A stretch of 64,000 nucleotides of DNA, from assembly GCF_056712565.1 (NCBI RefSeq), contig NZ_CM160072.1; one strand, given 5' to 3'. Shown piece after piece: positions 1-9,247 of the stretch; the first letter of the stretch is position 1, and each line of letters opens with the position of its first letter. The notes under the pieces are model-generated. The model saw only the letters and a list, made by a program, of their open reading frames with translations. It searched no databases and was not told where the DNA came from. The position numbers and the translations under genes were made by a program.

Positions 1-1247
1 ATTGGCATCCAGGCAGCAATACCACTGGGATCGTTAGTGTGGATCACCCAGGAAATGATTGCAGAACCAACCAGTGGCGCGATCCCTCCGGCAATAACGG
101 CAGAAACTTCCCTTGCCAGTGCGACGCCAATATAACGATGGCGAGCACCAAAGAGTTCAGGCAGAAAAGCACCTTGTGCACCAAACATACCCCAGGCTCC
201 AATCCCTAAGGCCAGAGAAAGAGAGACAATAGTGACAGGAACATTACCGTGGCTGAAAGACCACCACACCGGAAAGGTAATCAACAACTGAAAAATCGCC
301 AGACTACGATAGACAAGAACCCTGCCGAAGCGATCGGTCAGCCAACCGGCAATAGGCACCATAATTGCACCGACTACTACCGCAGACATCAGGCATAGCG
401 TACCAACTGATTTGTCCAGCCCAACCACACCAACGATATAACTGATCGCTAAAGCCTGATAAATCGACGAGCCGCCGTTTTCTGCCAGACGTAAGCCAAT
501 CCCGACGAAGACATTACGGCGTGATGTTTTCAGCAAATTTCGTAAGGGTGATTCTGTAACTTGTTGACGAGCTTCGAGTTTTGCGAATGATGGCGATTCT
601 TTAAGATGCAGTCGAATATAAATAGCCACCGCGATAATCACCACGCTGGAGAGGAAGGGCAAGCGCCACCACCAGGTTTCGGCAAGATTTGTCACATTAT
701 GCAGCAGGATGAAGTAAACGGCAGATGCCATAAACGTACCAATCTGGATTCCGAGGAACGGCAGCGCGGCGTAATAACCCCGTTTGCCGTCAGGAGCATA
801 TTCGGTCATCAGTACGGCGGCTCCCGCCTGTTCAGCCCCAGCACCAAGCCCTTGCAGCAGGCGTAATGCAATAAGCATAATTGGCGCCCAGATTCCCGCT
901 GTTTCGTAAGTGGGTAATACCCCGATCAACGTGCTGGCGATTCCCATTAACAACACCGTTGCTAACAGGACGAACTTACGGCCCAAACGATCACCTAATG
1001 AGCCGAAGATAATTCCGCCTACAGGTCTGACGGCAAATCCGAGAAAGTAGGTGCCAAAACTGGCGATCAGCGCCATTCCCGGTTCCTGATTAGGAAAAAA
1101 GAGTGGACCAAAAATAATGGCGGATGCCAGGCTGTAAAGTGCGAAATCGTAGTATTCCAGTGCGCTGCCGAGAGAGCAGGTCCACGCCGCGCGACGCAGA
1201 TCTGCCGATGAAACATTCGCTTTCTCTGCTGGTTGTGAAGGTTGCAT
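1..1247 (-). CDS. MFS transporter, metabolite:H+ symporter (MHS; KgtP/ProP/ShiA-like) family; N-terminus at 1247, C-terminus beyond window start (partial)
   Basis: Own translation of the reverse strand from ATG (complement of 1245-1247) gives MQPSQPAEKANVSSADLRRAAW...; AAGGAG Shine-Dalgarno 6 nt upstream; MHS-type motifs EYYDFALY, RPVGGIIFGSLGDRLGRK and WLTDRFGR. Not in the ORF track because it runs off the window. Confidence 0.8.
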   Translation of the reverse strand, partial: MQPSQPAEKANVSSADLRRAAWTCSLGSALEYYDFALYSLASAIIFGPLFFPNQEPGMALIASFGTYFLGFAVRPVGGIIFGSLGDRLGRKFVLLATVLLMGIASTLIGVLPTYETAGIWAPIMLIALRLLQGLGAGAEQAGAAVLMTEYAPDGKRGYYAALPFLGIQIGTFMASAVYFILLHNVTNLAETWWWRLPFLSSVVIIAVAIYIRLHLKESPSFAKLEARQQVTESPLRNLLKTSRRNVFVGIGLRLAENGGSSIYQALAISYIVGVVGLDKSVGTLCLMSAVVVGAIMVPIAGWLTDRFGRVLVYRSLAIFQLLITFPVWWSFSHGNVPVTIVSLSLALGIGAWGMFGAQGAFLPELFGARHRYIGVALAREVSAVIAGGIAPLVGSAIISWVIHTNDPSGIAAWMP

Positions 1248-1337
1248 GATGTGTCTCCTTTCAGACGGATAAAAGAAATCCGCCTAAAATCAATGGGATT
1301 CTTGCGTTATTATTAAAATCCAAAATGAAATGCTAAG

Positions 1338-2117
1338 TTATCGAGCACTAAAGTGCGGTTGACGCTTCTCAGTAAATGCCTGACTGCCTTCATGAGCATC
1401 TTCAGTCGTGGCGGAAAAAGCGCCAGCCAGTGCTTCAAGCGTCGAGGCCACAGCAATACCTTCTCCGGCATCAATAACCTGCTTGGCGATCTGCACTGCA
1501 ACGGGAGCACGCTGGGCGATACGTTGTGCCAGTTGCAGTCCGGCGTCGTGTAACGCCTCCCTGGCGACAACGCGATTCACCAGCCCGCAGGACAGTGCCC
1601 GCTGTGCATCCAGTGGTTCACCGGTAAATACCAGTTCTTTCACCAGTGAGCGCCCAAGCAGTGCCGTCAGCCGCTGCGTTCCTGACCAGCCAGGCACTGT
1701 CGCCAGCCCGGTTTCTGGTAGTGCCATTTGTGCTTCGGCGCTACAAATACGGATATCGGTGGTAGCAGCCAGTTCCAGACCACCGCCATAAGCCAGGCCG
1801 TGCAACAGGGCGATTACGGGCTGTGGCAGTTGTGCCAGAGCATCAAATGCCTGATGACCGCGGCGGATCCAGTTGCGCCACATATCGAGTGCAGAAAGAG
1901 AGGTCCAGCGATGAATATCCGCGCCGACACAAAACGCTTTTTCACTGGCACTGGTCAGCAGTACTACGCGGATCTCCGAATCAGTTTCCAACGTGTGGCA
2001 ATGCGCCAGCAGTTGTTCGAGCATCTCTGGGGTTAATGCGTTGAGTTTTGCCGGGCGATTAATCACCAAAGTGGCAATGAAACCGTTGCGCTGGAGGTCA
2101 ATGGTGCCGTTATTCAT
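1338..2117 (-). CDS. enoyl-CoA hydratase/isomerase (crotonase superfamily)
   Basis: 259-aa ORF; crotonase-type motifs with both catalytic Glu positions (YGGGLELAATTD and ALPETGL); start overlaps the stop of the upstream CoA-transferase gene by 8 nt. Confidence 0.8.
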   Translation of the reverse strand: MNNGTIDLQRNGFIATLVINRPAKLNALTPEMLEQLLAHCHTLETDSEIRVVLLTSASEKAFCVGADIHRWTSLSALDMWRNWIRRGHQAFDALAQLPQPVIALLHGLAYGGGLELAATTDIRICSAEAQMALPETGLATVPGWSGTQRLTALLGRSLVKELVFTGEPLDAQRALSCGLVNRVVAREALHDAGLQLAQRIAQRAPVAVQIAKQVIDAGEGIAVASTLEALAGAFSATTEDAHEGSQAFTEKRQPHFSAR

Positions 2118-3681
2118 GGTGACGTCCTTGTTGAAAATAGTGGGGATTCATTAGTTTGAGATCGTCTGCCAGACGGAGTGGGGCATTGCTTTGGGCGAGA
2201 ATGTCGCGTTCAGGATCAATACCTGGGGCAATTTCCGTGACCAGTAGTCCGTCTGGGGTTAATTCCAGCACGCAGCGTTCAGTGATGTACTGCACTTGTT
2301 GCCCGAGTCTTATTGCGCGTTTGCCGGAGAACGTCACGTGGGCGACGTCCTGTACCAGTTTTTTGGCTTTGCCTTCTTTAATGATACGCAGCTGACCCTC
2401 TTCCAGTTGCAGTTGGGCACCGGCATTGAAAAAGCCAGAGAAAATAATGCGCTTCGCATGTGAGGTGATATCAATAAATCCACCGCATCCGGCAGTGACA
2501 TGTGGACGAGCGGGGAGATGTGAGACGTTCACTGAGCCATCTGCGCCGATTTGTAAAAACGACATCAGAGTGAGATCAAAGCCACCGCCCTGGAAATAGG
2601 TGAACTGCTGGGGAGAGGGCAAAAATGCTTCTGCATTAGAGGCACAACCGAACTGAAATTCCAGCAGTGGAACTCCGCCAATCGCGCCCTGTTCCAGCAG
2701 CCAGGTGACGTCACCGTGGCGACCTTGTTCCAGTAAAATGCGTGGTACGTTGGCAGAAATACCAAAGCCAATATTTACCGCATCTCCACTTTGTAGTTCT
2801 TGCGCGACTCGCTGGGCAATAACTCGCGCCGGGCCATGTTCCATATAACGAAAGGCTGATAGCGGACGACTGATTTCGCCGGAAATGGCAGGTTCATATT
2901 GCGTTTGTGTCGTTTGTGTTTGTTCCGGCGCAATCACGATGTAATCCACCAGTACACCCGGAATACGCACCTCTTTTGGTTTCAGACTTCCGGCGGCAAC
3001 CTGTCGTTTTACTTGCGCAATTATGATGCCACCATTATTGCGAACGGCAGTAGCCTGTTCCAGTGGCCCCAGATAAGCCCCTTCATGTTCATAAGTCAGG
3101 TTGCCGCGTTCATCGGCAGTGGTAGCGCGAATGATCGCCACCTGCGGCACGATACTGGGGAAAAACAGCCAGTCGTCGTTAGCAAATCGAACACGTTCAA
3201 CCAGAGATTGTTGCGCCGCTTTTTCATTCATTGCACCGCCCTGCAACAGGGGATCCACATAGGTATCCATGCCTGTTTGTGTCAGCACGCCAGGACGATG
3301 AGCCGCCGCTTCCCGGTGCATATCAAATAAGATCCCGGAAGGCAGATTCCAGGCGGGGATCGCGTTGTCATTGATCATTTGCCAGATTAACGGAGGCGCC
3401 ATTGATGATGGACCGGAGGGGTAGGAGCCAGCGATCACTTTTGCCAGTAAGCCCGGTTGCGCCAGATGATCGATGCCTTTTACGCCATACATATCACCAG
3501 CGGCGATAGGGTGGATGGAGGTGATGTTTTGCGGATGTCCGGCACGTTGAAAGCGTTCACCTATTGCTGCCAGCACCGCATCCGGACACCCCATTCCACT
3601 GGAGGAGGAGACGGTGACAACTGCGCCATCAACAATCAAATCTGCAGCTTCCGGTGCAGTGATCGTGCGTACAGAGCACAT
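2110..3681 (-). CDS. family I acyl-CoA:acetate CoA-transferase, fused alpha/beta (YdiF/Pct-like)
   Basis: 523-aa ORF; blocks AAAHRPGVLTQTGMDTYVDP, IRATTADERGNL and RIPGVLVDYIV align with E. coli YdiF as I recall it; E-x-G catalytic motif LLEQGAIGG; AAGGA SD before the ATG. Confidence 0.8.
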   Translation of the reverse strand: MCSVRTITAPEAADLIVDGAVVTVSSSSGMGCPDAVLAAIGERFQRAGHPQNITSIHPIAAGDMYGVKGIDHLAQPGLLAKVIAGSYPSGPSSMAPPLIWQMINDNAIPAWNLPSGILFDMHREAAAHRPGVLTQTGMDTYVDPLLQGGAMNEKAAQQSLVERVRFANDDWLFFPSIVPQVAIIRATTADERGNLTYEHEGAYLGPLEQATAVRNNGGIIIAQVKRQVAAGSLKPKEVRIPGVLVDYIVIAPEQTQTTQTQYEPAISGEISRPLSAFRYMEHGPARVIAQRVAQELQSGDAVNIGFGISANVPRILLEQGRHGDVTWLLEQGAIGGVPLLEFQFGCASNAEAFLPSPQQFTYFQGGGFDLTLMSFLQIGADGSVNVSHLPARPHVTAGCGGFIDITSHAKRIIFSGFFNAGAQLQLEEGQLRIIKEGKAKKLVQDVAHVTFSGKRAIRLGQQVQYITERCVLELTPDGLLVTEIAPGIDPERDILAQSNAPLRLADDLKLMNPHYFQQGRHHE

Positions 3682-3936
3682 AATAATTTCCTTGTTTCGA
3701 TATAAAAATAATTAAAAATATGCATTTAAAACAATATGATAATTTTCATAAATTAATTGGAACGATCTAATTTATGCGTAATTTGTACGATTAGGGTGTA
3801 AAAAACACAACAAGGGAAGTGCGAATCTGTGATCGAAACGACGATCTCCTGCGATCCCTTGCGTTAACGGATCGCATGAGTAAAAGGAGATTATGATAAA
3901 GTAATTGCCTTGATCTTATGGGGGTTTGGAGCAGGC

Positions 3937-4971
3937 ATGGCGAAGTCGGATACAGGAAGAAAGCGGGTAACATTAACCGATGTTGCGCGTGCGGCTGGCG
4001 TTTCGAAATCGACCGTATCGCTGGTTCTCAACGACAGTTCACTTATCAAAAAAGAGACTCAACAAAAAGTCCAGCAAGCCATTGAACAATTAGGCTATGT
4101 CTATAACCGTTTTGCTGCCAATCTGCGTTCGCAAAAATCGCTAACTATCGGCGTAGTCATTGACGATTTGATAAATCCTTTCTTCGCTGAATTTACTATG
4201 GGTCTTGAGATGACGCTGGCGGAGCACGGTTTTATCACCGTGATGTCCAATACCTCCCAGCGTAGTGACCGGCAAAAACAGGTGCTTGATACCTTGCTGG
4301 AACACCACGTCGCGGGCATTGTCCTCTGTCCAGTGAACAGTACCTCAGAAGCCGATTTACAGCGTTATGCCAACAGTTCCACACCCTTATTAATCACGAT
4401 GCGCCCTCTGGATTGGCAACAATTGCCCGTCGATTACGTTGGCGTGGACAGCCACGCAGGTGTACGGGAAGCGACGGAATATCTCATTCAACAAGGGCAC
4501 AGAGATATCGTGTTTATTGGTGGTCTTACGCACCATATGCGTTATCAGGGATACCTTGAGGCGATGAATCACCATGGTTTACAGCCGTGGAGTACTGATG
4601 CTTTTTCGCTGCGTGCTGAACCGACTCAGGCCAACGGCTACCAGTTGATGCAACAGCTGTTGGATATGCCTTCGCCACCCACAGCGGTGATTTGTTATAA
4701 CGATTTAATGGCTTTTGGCGCGGAGTCGGCACTAGGCGAAAGAGGATTATTTGCCGGGGAAGATATTTCGTTGATTGGTAATGATGGCGTGGCGGCTTGT
4801 GCTTACAGTAACCCGCCGTTAACCACAATTGCGGTAGAACCATTGGCTCTGGGGAAACAGGCGGCGCAGCAAATTTTACGGCGTATTGCGCAACCAGACG
4901 CACCGCTCAGCCATTACATCTATCGCCCGACCCTGCAAATTCGCGCTTCCACCGGAAAGCGGGGGCGTTAA
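3937..4971 (+). CDS. LacI/GalR-family transcriptional regulator, divergent from the CoA-transferase operon
   Basis: ORF-track ORF 3910-4971 trimmed to ATG 3937 (GGAG SD 5 nt upstream); N-terminal HTH VTLTDVARAAGVSKSTVSLVLN; periplasmic-binding-like effector domain. Confidence 0.8.
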   Translation: MAKSDTGRKRVTLTDVARAAGVSKSTVSLVLNDSSLIKKETQQKVQQAIEQLGYVYNRFAANLRSQKSLTIGVVIDDLINPFFAEFTMGLEMTLAEHGFITVMSNTSQRSDRQKQVLDTLLEHHVAGIVLCPVNSTSEADLQRYANSSTPLLITMRPLDWQQLPVDYVGVDSHAGVREATEYLIQQGHRDIVFIGGLTHHMRYQGYLEAMNHHGLQPWSTDAFSLRAEPTQANGYQLMQQLLDMPSPPTAVICYNDLMAFGAESALGERGLFAGEDISLIGNDGVAACAYSNPPLTTIAVEPLALGKQAAQQILRRIAQPDAPLSHYIYRPTLQIRASTGKRGR

Positions 4972-4977
4972 ATGCTG

Positions 4978-5000
4978 TAGCGAGAAACTGTTTCTCGCTA
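4978..5000. promoter_or_regulatory. perfect 23-bp palindrome TAGCGAGAAAC-T-GTTTCTCGCTA between the LacI-type gene stop and dnaB start; operator or terminator stem, function unknown
   Basis: Read directly: 11-bp arms pair perfectly around a single central T; lies 7 nt after the regulator stop and 44 nt before the dnaB ATG. Confidence 0.5.
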
Positions 5001-5043
5001 TACTCTCTTGTCCCCCATTCAACAGCAGGTAACACCATTCGTT

Positions 5044-6459
5044 ATGGCAGGCAATAGACCTTTCAACAAACAACAGACTGATAACCGCGAACGCGATCCA
5101 CAAGTTGCCGGGCTGAAAGTGCCTCCGCACTCGATCGAAGCGGAGCAGTCGGTGTTGGGCGGTTTAATGCTGGATAACGAACGCTGGGATGATGTAGCTG
5201 AGCGTGTGGTGGCAGATGATTTTTACACCCGCCCACACCGTCATATCTTTACTGAAATGGCGCGTTTGCAGGAAAGCGGTAGTCCTATCGATCTGATTAC
5301 CCTTGCGGAATCGCTGGAACGCCAGGGGCAACTCGATAGCGTCGGTGGTTTTGCTTATCTGGCAGAGCTGTCAAAAAATACGCCAAGTGCGGCGAACATC
5401 AGTGCATATGCGGATATCGTGCGCGAACGTGCCGTTGTTCGTGAGATGATCTCCGTTGCTAACGAGATTGCCGAAGCTGGTTTTGATCCACAAGGGCGTA
5501 CCAGTGAAGATCTGCTCGACCTTGCTGAATCCCGCGTCTTTAAAATTGCCGAAAGTCGTGCAAACAAAGACGAAGGGCCGAAGAACATCGCCGATGTGCT
5601 CGACGCAACCGTGGCGCGTATTGAGCAGTTGTTTCAGCAGCCACACGATGGCGTTACCGGGGTAAATACCGGTTATGACGATCTCAACAAAAAAACCGCT
5701 GGCTTGCAGCCGTCGGATTTGATCATCGTTGCCGCGCGTCCGTCGATGGGTAAAACGACATTTGCGATGAACCTCGTCGAAAACGCGGCGATGTTGCAGG
5801 ATAAACCGGTGCTTATCTTTTCGCTGGAGATGCCATCAGAACAGATTATGATGCGTTCTCTGGCGTCGCTGTCGCGCGTTGACCAGACTAAAATCCGTAC
5901 CGGGCAGCTCGATGATGAAGACTGGGCACGCATTTCCGGCACCATGGGTATTTTGCTCGAAAAACGCAATATCTATATCGATGATTCCTCCGGCTTGACG
6001 CCAACGGAAGTGCGTTCCCGCGCACGCCGTATTGCCCGTGAACACGGCGGCATCGGGCTTATCATGATCGACTACCTGCAACTGATGCGCGTACCGGCGC
6101 TTTCCGATAACCGTACGCTGGAAATTGCAGAAATCTCCCGCTCGCTGAAAGCACTGGCGAAAGAACTGAACGTGCCGGTGGTGGCGCTGTCCCAGTTGAA
6201 CCGTTCTCTGGAACAACGTGCCGACAAACGCCCGGTCAACTCCGACCTGCGTGAATCTGGCTCTATCGAGCAGGATGCGGACTTGATCATGTTTATCTAT
6301 CGTGATGAGGTGTATCACGAAAACAGTGATTTAAAAGGCATCGCGGAAATTATTATCGGTAAACAACGTAACGGCCCAATCGGGACGGTACGCCTGACCT
6401 TTAACGGTCAATGGTCGCGCTTCGACAACTATGCGGGGCCGCAGTACGACGACGAATAA
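5044..6459 (+). CDS. dnaB: replicative DNA helicase DnaB
   Basis: 471 aa from ATG 5044 (MAGNRPFNKQQ...); Walker A PSMGKTTFA; ORF-track ORF 5008-6459 has a 12-codon upstream extension that I reject. Confidence 0.95.
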   Translation: MAGNRPFNKQQTDNRERDPQVAGLKVPPHSIEAEQSVLGGLMLDNERWDDVAERVVADDFYTRPHRHIFTEMARLQESGSPIDLITLAESLERQGQLDSVGGFAYLAELSKNTPSAANISAYADIVRERAVVREMISVANEIAEAGFDPQGRTSEDLLDLAESRVFKIAESRANKDEGPKNIADVLDATVARIEQLFQQPHDGVTGVNTGYDDLNKKTAGLQPSDLIIVAARPSMGKTTFAMNLVENAAMLQDKPVLIFSLEMPSEQIMMRSLASLSRVDQTKIRTGQLDDEDWARISGTMGILLEKRNIYIDDSSGLTPTEVRSRARRIAREHGGIGLIMIDYLQLMRVPALSDNRTLEIAEISRSLKALAKELNVPVVALSQLNRSLEQRADKRPVNSDLRESGSIEQDADLIMFIYRDEVYHENSDLKGIAEIIIGKQRNGPIGTVRLTFNGQWSRFDNYAGPQYDDE

Positions 6460-6511
6460 TAATTATTTTATGAATTAGGTAATTAAAGCAAACACTTATC
6501 AAGGAACACTA

Positions 6512-7591
6512 ATGCAAGCGGCAACTGTTGTGATTAACCGCCGCGCTCTGCGACACAACCTGCAACGTCTTCGTGAACTGGCGCCTGCCAGTAAAATGGT
6601 TGCGGTGGTGAAAGCGAACGCTTATGGTCACGGTCTTCTTGAGACCGCGCGAACGCTCCCCGATGCTGACGCCTTTGGCGTAGCCCGTCTCGAAGAAGCT
6701 CTGCGACTGCGTGCGGGGGGAATCACCAAACCTGTACTTTTACTCGAAGGCTTTTTTGATGCCAGAGATCTACCGACGATTTCTGCGCAACATTTTCATA
6801 CCGCCGTGCATAACGAAGAACAGCTGGCTGCGCTGGAAGAGGCTAGCCTGGACGAGCCGGTTACCGTCTGGATGAAACTCGATACCGGTATGCACCGTCT
6901 GGGCGTAAGGCCGGAACAGGCTGAGGCGTTTTATCATCGTCTGACCCAGTGCAAAAACGTTCGTCAGCCGGTGAATATCGTCAGCCATTTTGCGCGCGCG
7001 GATGAACCAAAATGCGGCGCAACCGAGAAGCAACTCGCTATCTTTAATACCTTTTGCGAAGGCAAACCTGGTCAACGTTCCATTGCCGCGTCGGGTGGCA
7101 TTTTACTCTGGCCACAGTCGCATTTTGACTGGGTGCGCCCGGGCATCATTCTTTACGGCGTATCTCCGCTGGAAGATCGCTCCACCGGTGCCGATTTTGG
7201 CTGTCAGCCAGTGATGTCGCTAACCTCCAGCCTGATTGCCGTGCGTGAGCATAAAGCCGGAGAGCCTGTCGGTTATGGTGGAACCTGGGTAAGCGAACGT
7301 GATACTCGTCTTGGCGTAGTCGCGATGGGCTATGGCGATGGTTATCCGCGCGCCGCGCCGTCCGGTACGCCAGTGCTGGTGAACGGTCGCGAAGTGCCGA
7401 TTGTCGGGCGCGTGGCGATGGATATGATCTGCGTAGACTTAGGTCCACAGGCGCAGGATAAAGCCGGGGACCCGGTCATTTTATGGGGCGAAGGTTTGCC
7501 CGTAGAACGTATCGCTGAAATGACGAAAGTAAGTGCTTACGAACTTATCACGCGCCTGACCTCAAGAGTCGCGATGAAATACGTGGATTAA
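6512..7591 (+). CDS. alr: alanine racemase, biosynthetic
   Basis: 359 aa; PLP-lysine motif [10 protein letters not shown]; conserved position after dnaB. Confidence 0.95.
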
Positions 7592-7613
7592 TATTCGTCT
7601 CCAGGGAGGGACA

Positions 7614-8171
7614 ATGTCTTATTCAGAAATCGCCGCGTGTCTGGCATACGCGGTTTCCGTCTGGCTGGCTGCCAGAAACAATGTGCATACATGGTGGATC
7701 GGCATAATTGGCAGCATATTGTACGGCTGGGTTTTTTGGTCTGTGCAACTCTATGCCGACGTTACGCTCCAGTTATTCTTCATCGCGACCAGCATCACTG
7801 GCTGGATCCACTGGCTGAAAGGTCAGGGTGGCGACATCTTGCCGGTGCGCCGAACGCAAGCCAGTCACTTTTTCCTTTTGTTGCTCTGTGCTGTCGTCGT
7901 GGCAGGCGGTTACGGCTTTTTACTCCACACCTTTACCAATGCCTGGGCACCCTGGCTGGATTCGTTGATTTTGACCTTTAGCGTTCTGGCACAATTCATG
8001 TTGATGGGAAGACGTATCGAAAACTGGTTCGTCTGGTTAGCGGTGAATACCCTGGCAGTGCCACTGTATATGACGCGCGGTTTAAACCTGACCGCTGGCT
8101 TATATTTCCTGTTCTGGATTAACGCCTGGCATGGTTTGTATCAATGGCGCAAAGAGTTGCAAACATCATGA
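7614..8171 (+). CDS. PnuC-family nicotinamide riboside transporter homolog (compact, 185 aa)
   Basis: Blocks VQLYADVTLQLFFIATSITGWIHW and RRIENWFVWLAVNTLAVPLY align with E. coli PnuC (IQLYASLLLQVFFFAANIYGWYAW; RKYVENWLLWVIINVISVV) as I recall it; GGGAGGG SD; begins 22 nt after the alr stop. Confidence 0.75.
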   Translation: MSYSEIAACLAYAVSVWLAARNNVHTWWIGIIGSILYGWVFWSVQLYADVTLQLFFIATSITGWIHWLKGQGGDILPVRRTQASHFFLLLLCAVVVAGGYGFLLHTFTNAWAPWLDSLILTFSVLAQFMLMGRRIENWFVWLAVNTLAVPLYMTRGLNLTAGLYFLFWINAWHGLYQWRKELQTS

Positions 8172-9166
8172 AGCCTTTTGCAACGGGCCTGGTGGTTGGT
8201 AAATTCGCGCCTTTGCATTGTGGTCATGAAAAGTTGATCAATACCGCACTGGCGCAATGTGAAGAACTGTTCATCATCAGTTATTCCGTGCCGGAAATGC
8301 CTGACTGTGAACCTGAAAAGCGCCTGACGTGGCTGCAAGTGCGCTTCCCGCAAGCGACGATTTTGGTACTGACGCCAGAGCTTGTTGCGCGTTATAACTT
8401 ACCTGCCATACCGCATAACGATGCCGACATCCACCGTCATTATGTGGCGACGCTGTGCCTGCAGATATTACGCTGTCGTCCACATGCTGTATTTACTGCA
8501 GAAGACTATGGCGATGGCTTTGCTAACGTGCTGGCGCGGCGTTTTGCCCAACCCGTTGAACACGTTCGAATGGCGCGCCCAGTTGGCGATGAAGCGCCTT
8601 CGGGAACGCTTATTCGTTCCGATGTTCACCGCTATCGCTACATGTTGGCGAATGATGTTTATTACAGTTTCGTTCGCCGTATCTGTCTGCTTGGTGGCGA
8701 ATCTACCGGTAAAAGCACGCTTTCAAAAGCGCTGGCGGATGGGCTTGATACGGTGTATGTCGCTGAATTTGGCCGCGACTATTGGGAAGAAAAAAACGGA
8801 ATCTTAACCGCGGATGATTTGTTGCATATCGCCTGCGAACAGGTACGCCGGGAACAACAAGCAGAAGCTAATCACTATCTTATATGTGACACGTCGCCAC
8901 TCACGACCTTGTTCTATGCCCTTGATCAATATGGTCATGCTCCGCAAGAACTTCATCAACTGGCGGAGCGGGAATACTCTCTGGTGGTGCTTTGCGGCGC
9001 AGAATTTCCCTTCGTGCAGGATGGCACCCGGCAAGGAGAGGTATTTCGCGCACGGCAACAGGTGTGGTATGAACAGGAATTATCGCGCAGGAATATTCCT
9101 TATCTTTCTGTTTCGGGTTCGCTGCAAGAGCGACTGGGGCAAATTCTACATCGCCTTCCCGACTGA
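8168..9166 (+). CDS. NadR-like bifunctional NMN adenylyltransferase / ribosylnicotinamide kinase lacking the N-terminal HTH domain
   Basis: ORF-track ORF 8144-9166 trimmed to ATG 8168, which overlaps the upstream TGA (ATGA coupling); nucleotidyltransferase motif GKFAPLHCGH; Walker A GGESTGKST; same domain order as NadR without the DNA-binding domain. Confidence 0.75.
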   Translation: MKPFATGLVVGKFAPLHCGHEKLINTALAQCEELFIISYSVPEMPDCEPEKRLTWLQVRFPQATILVLTPELVARYNLPAIPHNDADIHRHYVATLCLQILRCRPHAVFTAEDYGDGFANVLARRFAQPVEHVRMARPVGDEAPSGTLIRSDVHRYRYMLANDVYYSFVRRICLLGGESTGKSTLSKALADGLDTVYVAEFGRDYWEEKNGILTADDLLHIACEQVRREQQAEANHYLICDTSPLTTLFYALDQYGHAPQELHQLAEREYSLVVLCGAEFPFVQDGTRQGEVFRARQQVWYEQELSRRNIPYLSVSGSLQERLGQILHRLPD

Positions 9167-9247
9167 CTTTGAACATCCACTCGATCTTCGTCTACTTCCG
9201 GTTTATTGTGTTTTAACCACCTGCCCGTAAACCTGGAGAACCATCGC

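Noticed and set aside
3682-3936. Candidate LacI-family operator palindromes (e.g. GCGATCC-N11-GGATCGC at 3851-3875, internal CGTTAACG)
   Set aside because: Imperfect symmetry and no CG-centred 14-20 bp palindrome typical of LacI/GalR operators; I cannot support a specific site, only that this divergent AT-rich region must hold the promoters.
9167-9247. TyrR boxes upstream of tyrB
   Set aside because: No clear TGTAAA-N6-TTTACA match in the 81-bp spacer; if present they may lie within the 3' end of the NadR-like gene, which I could not confirm.
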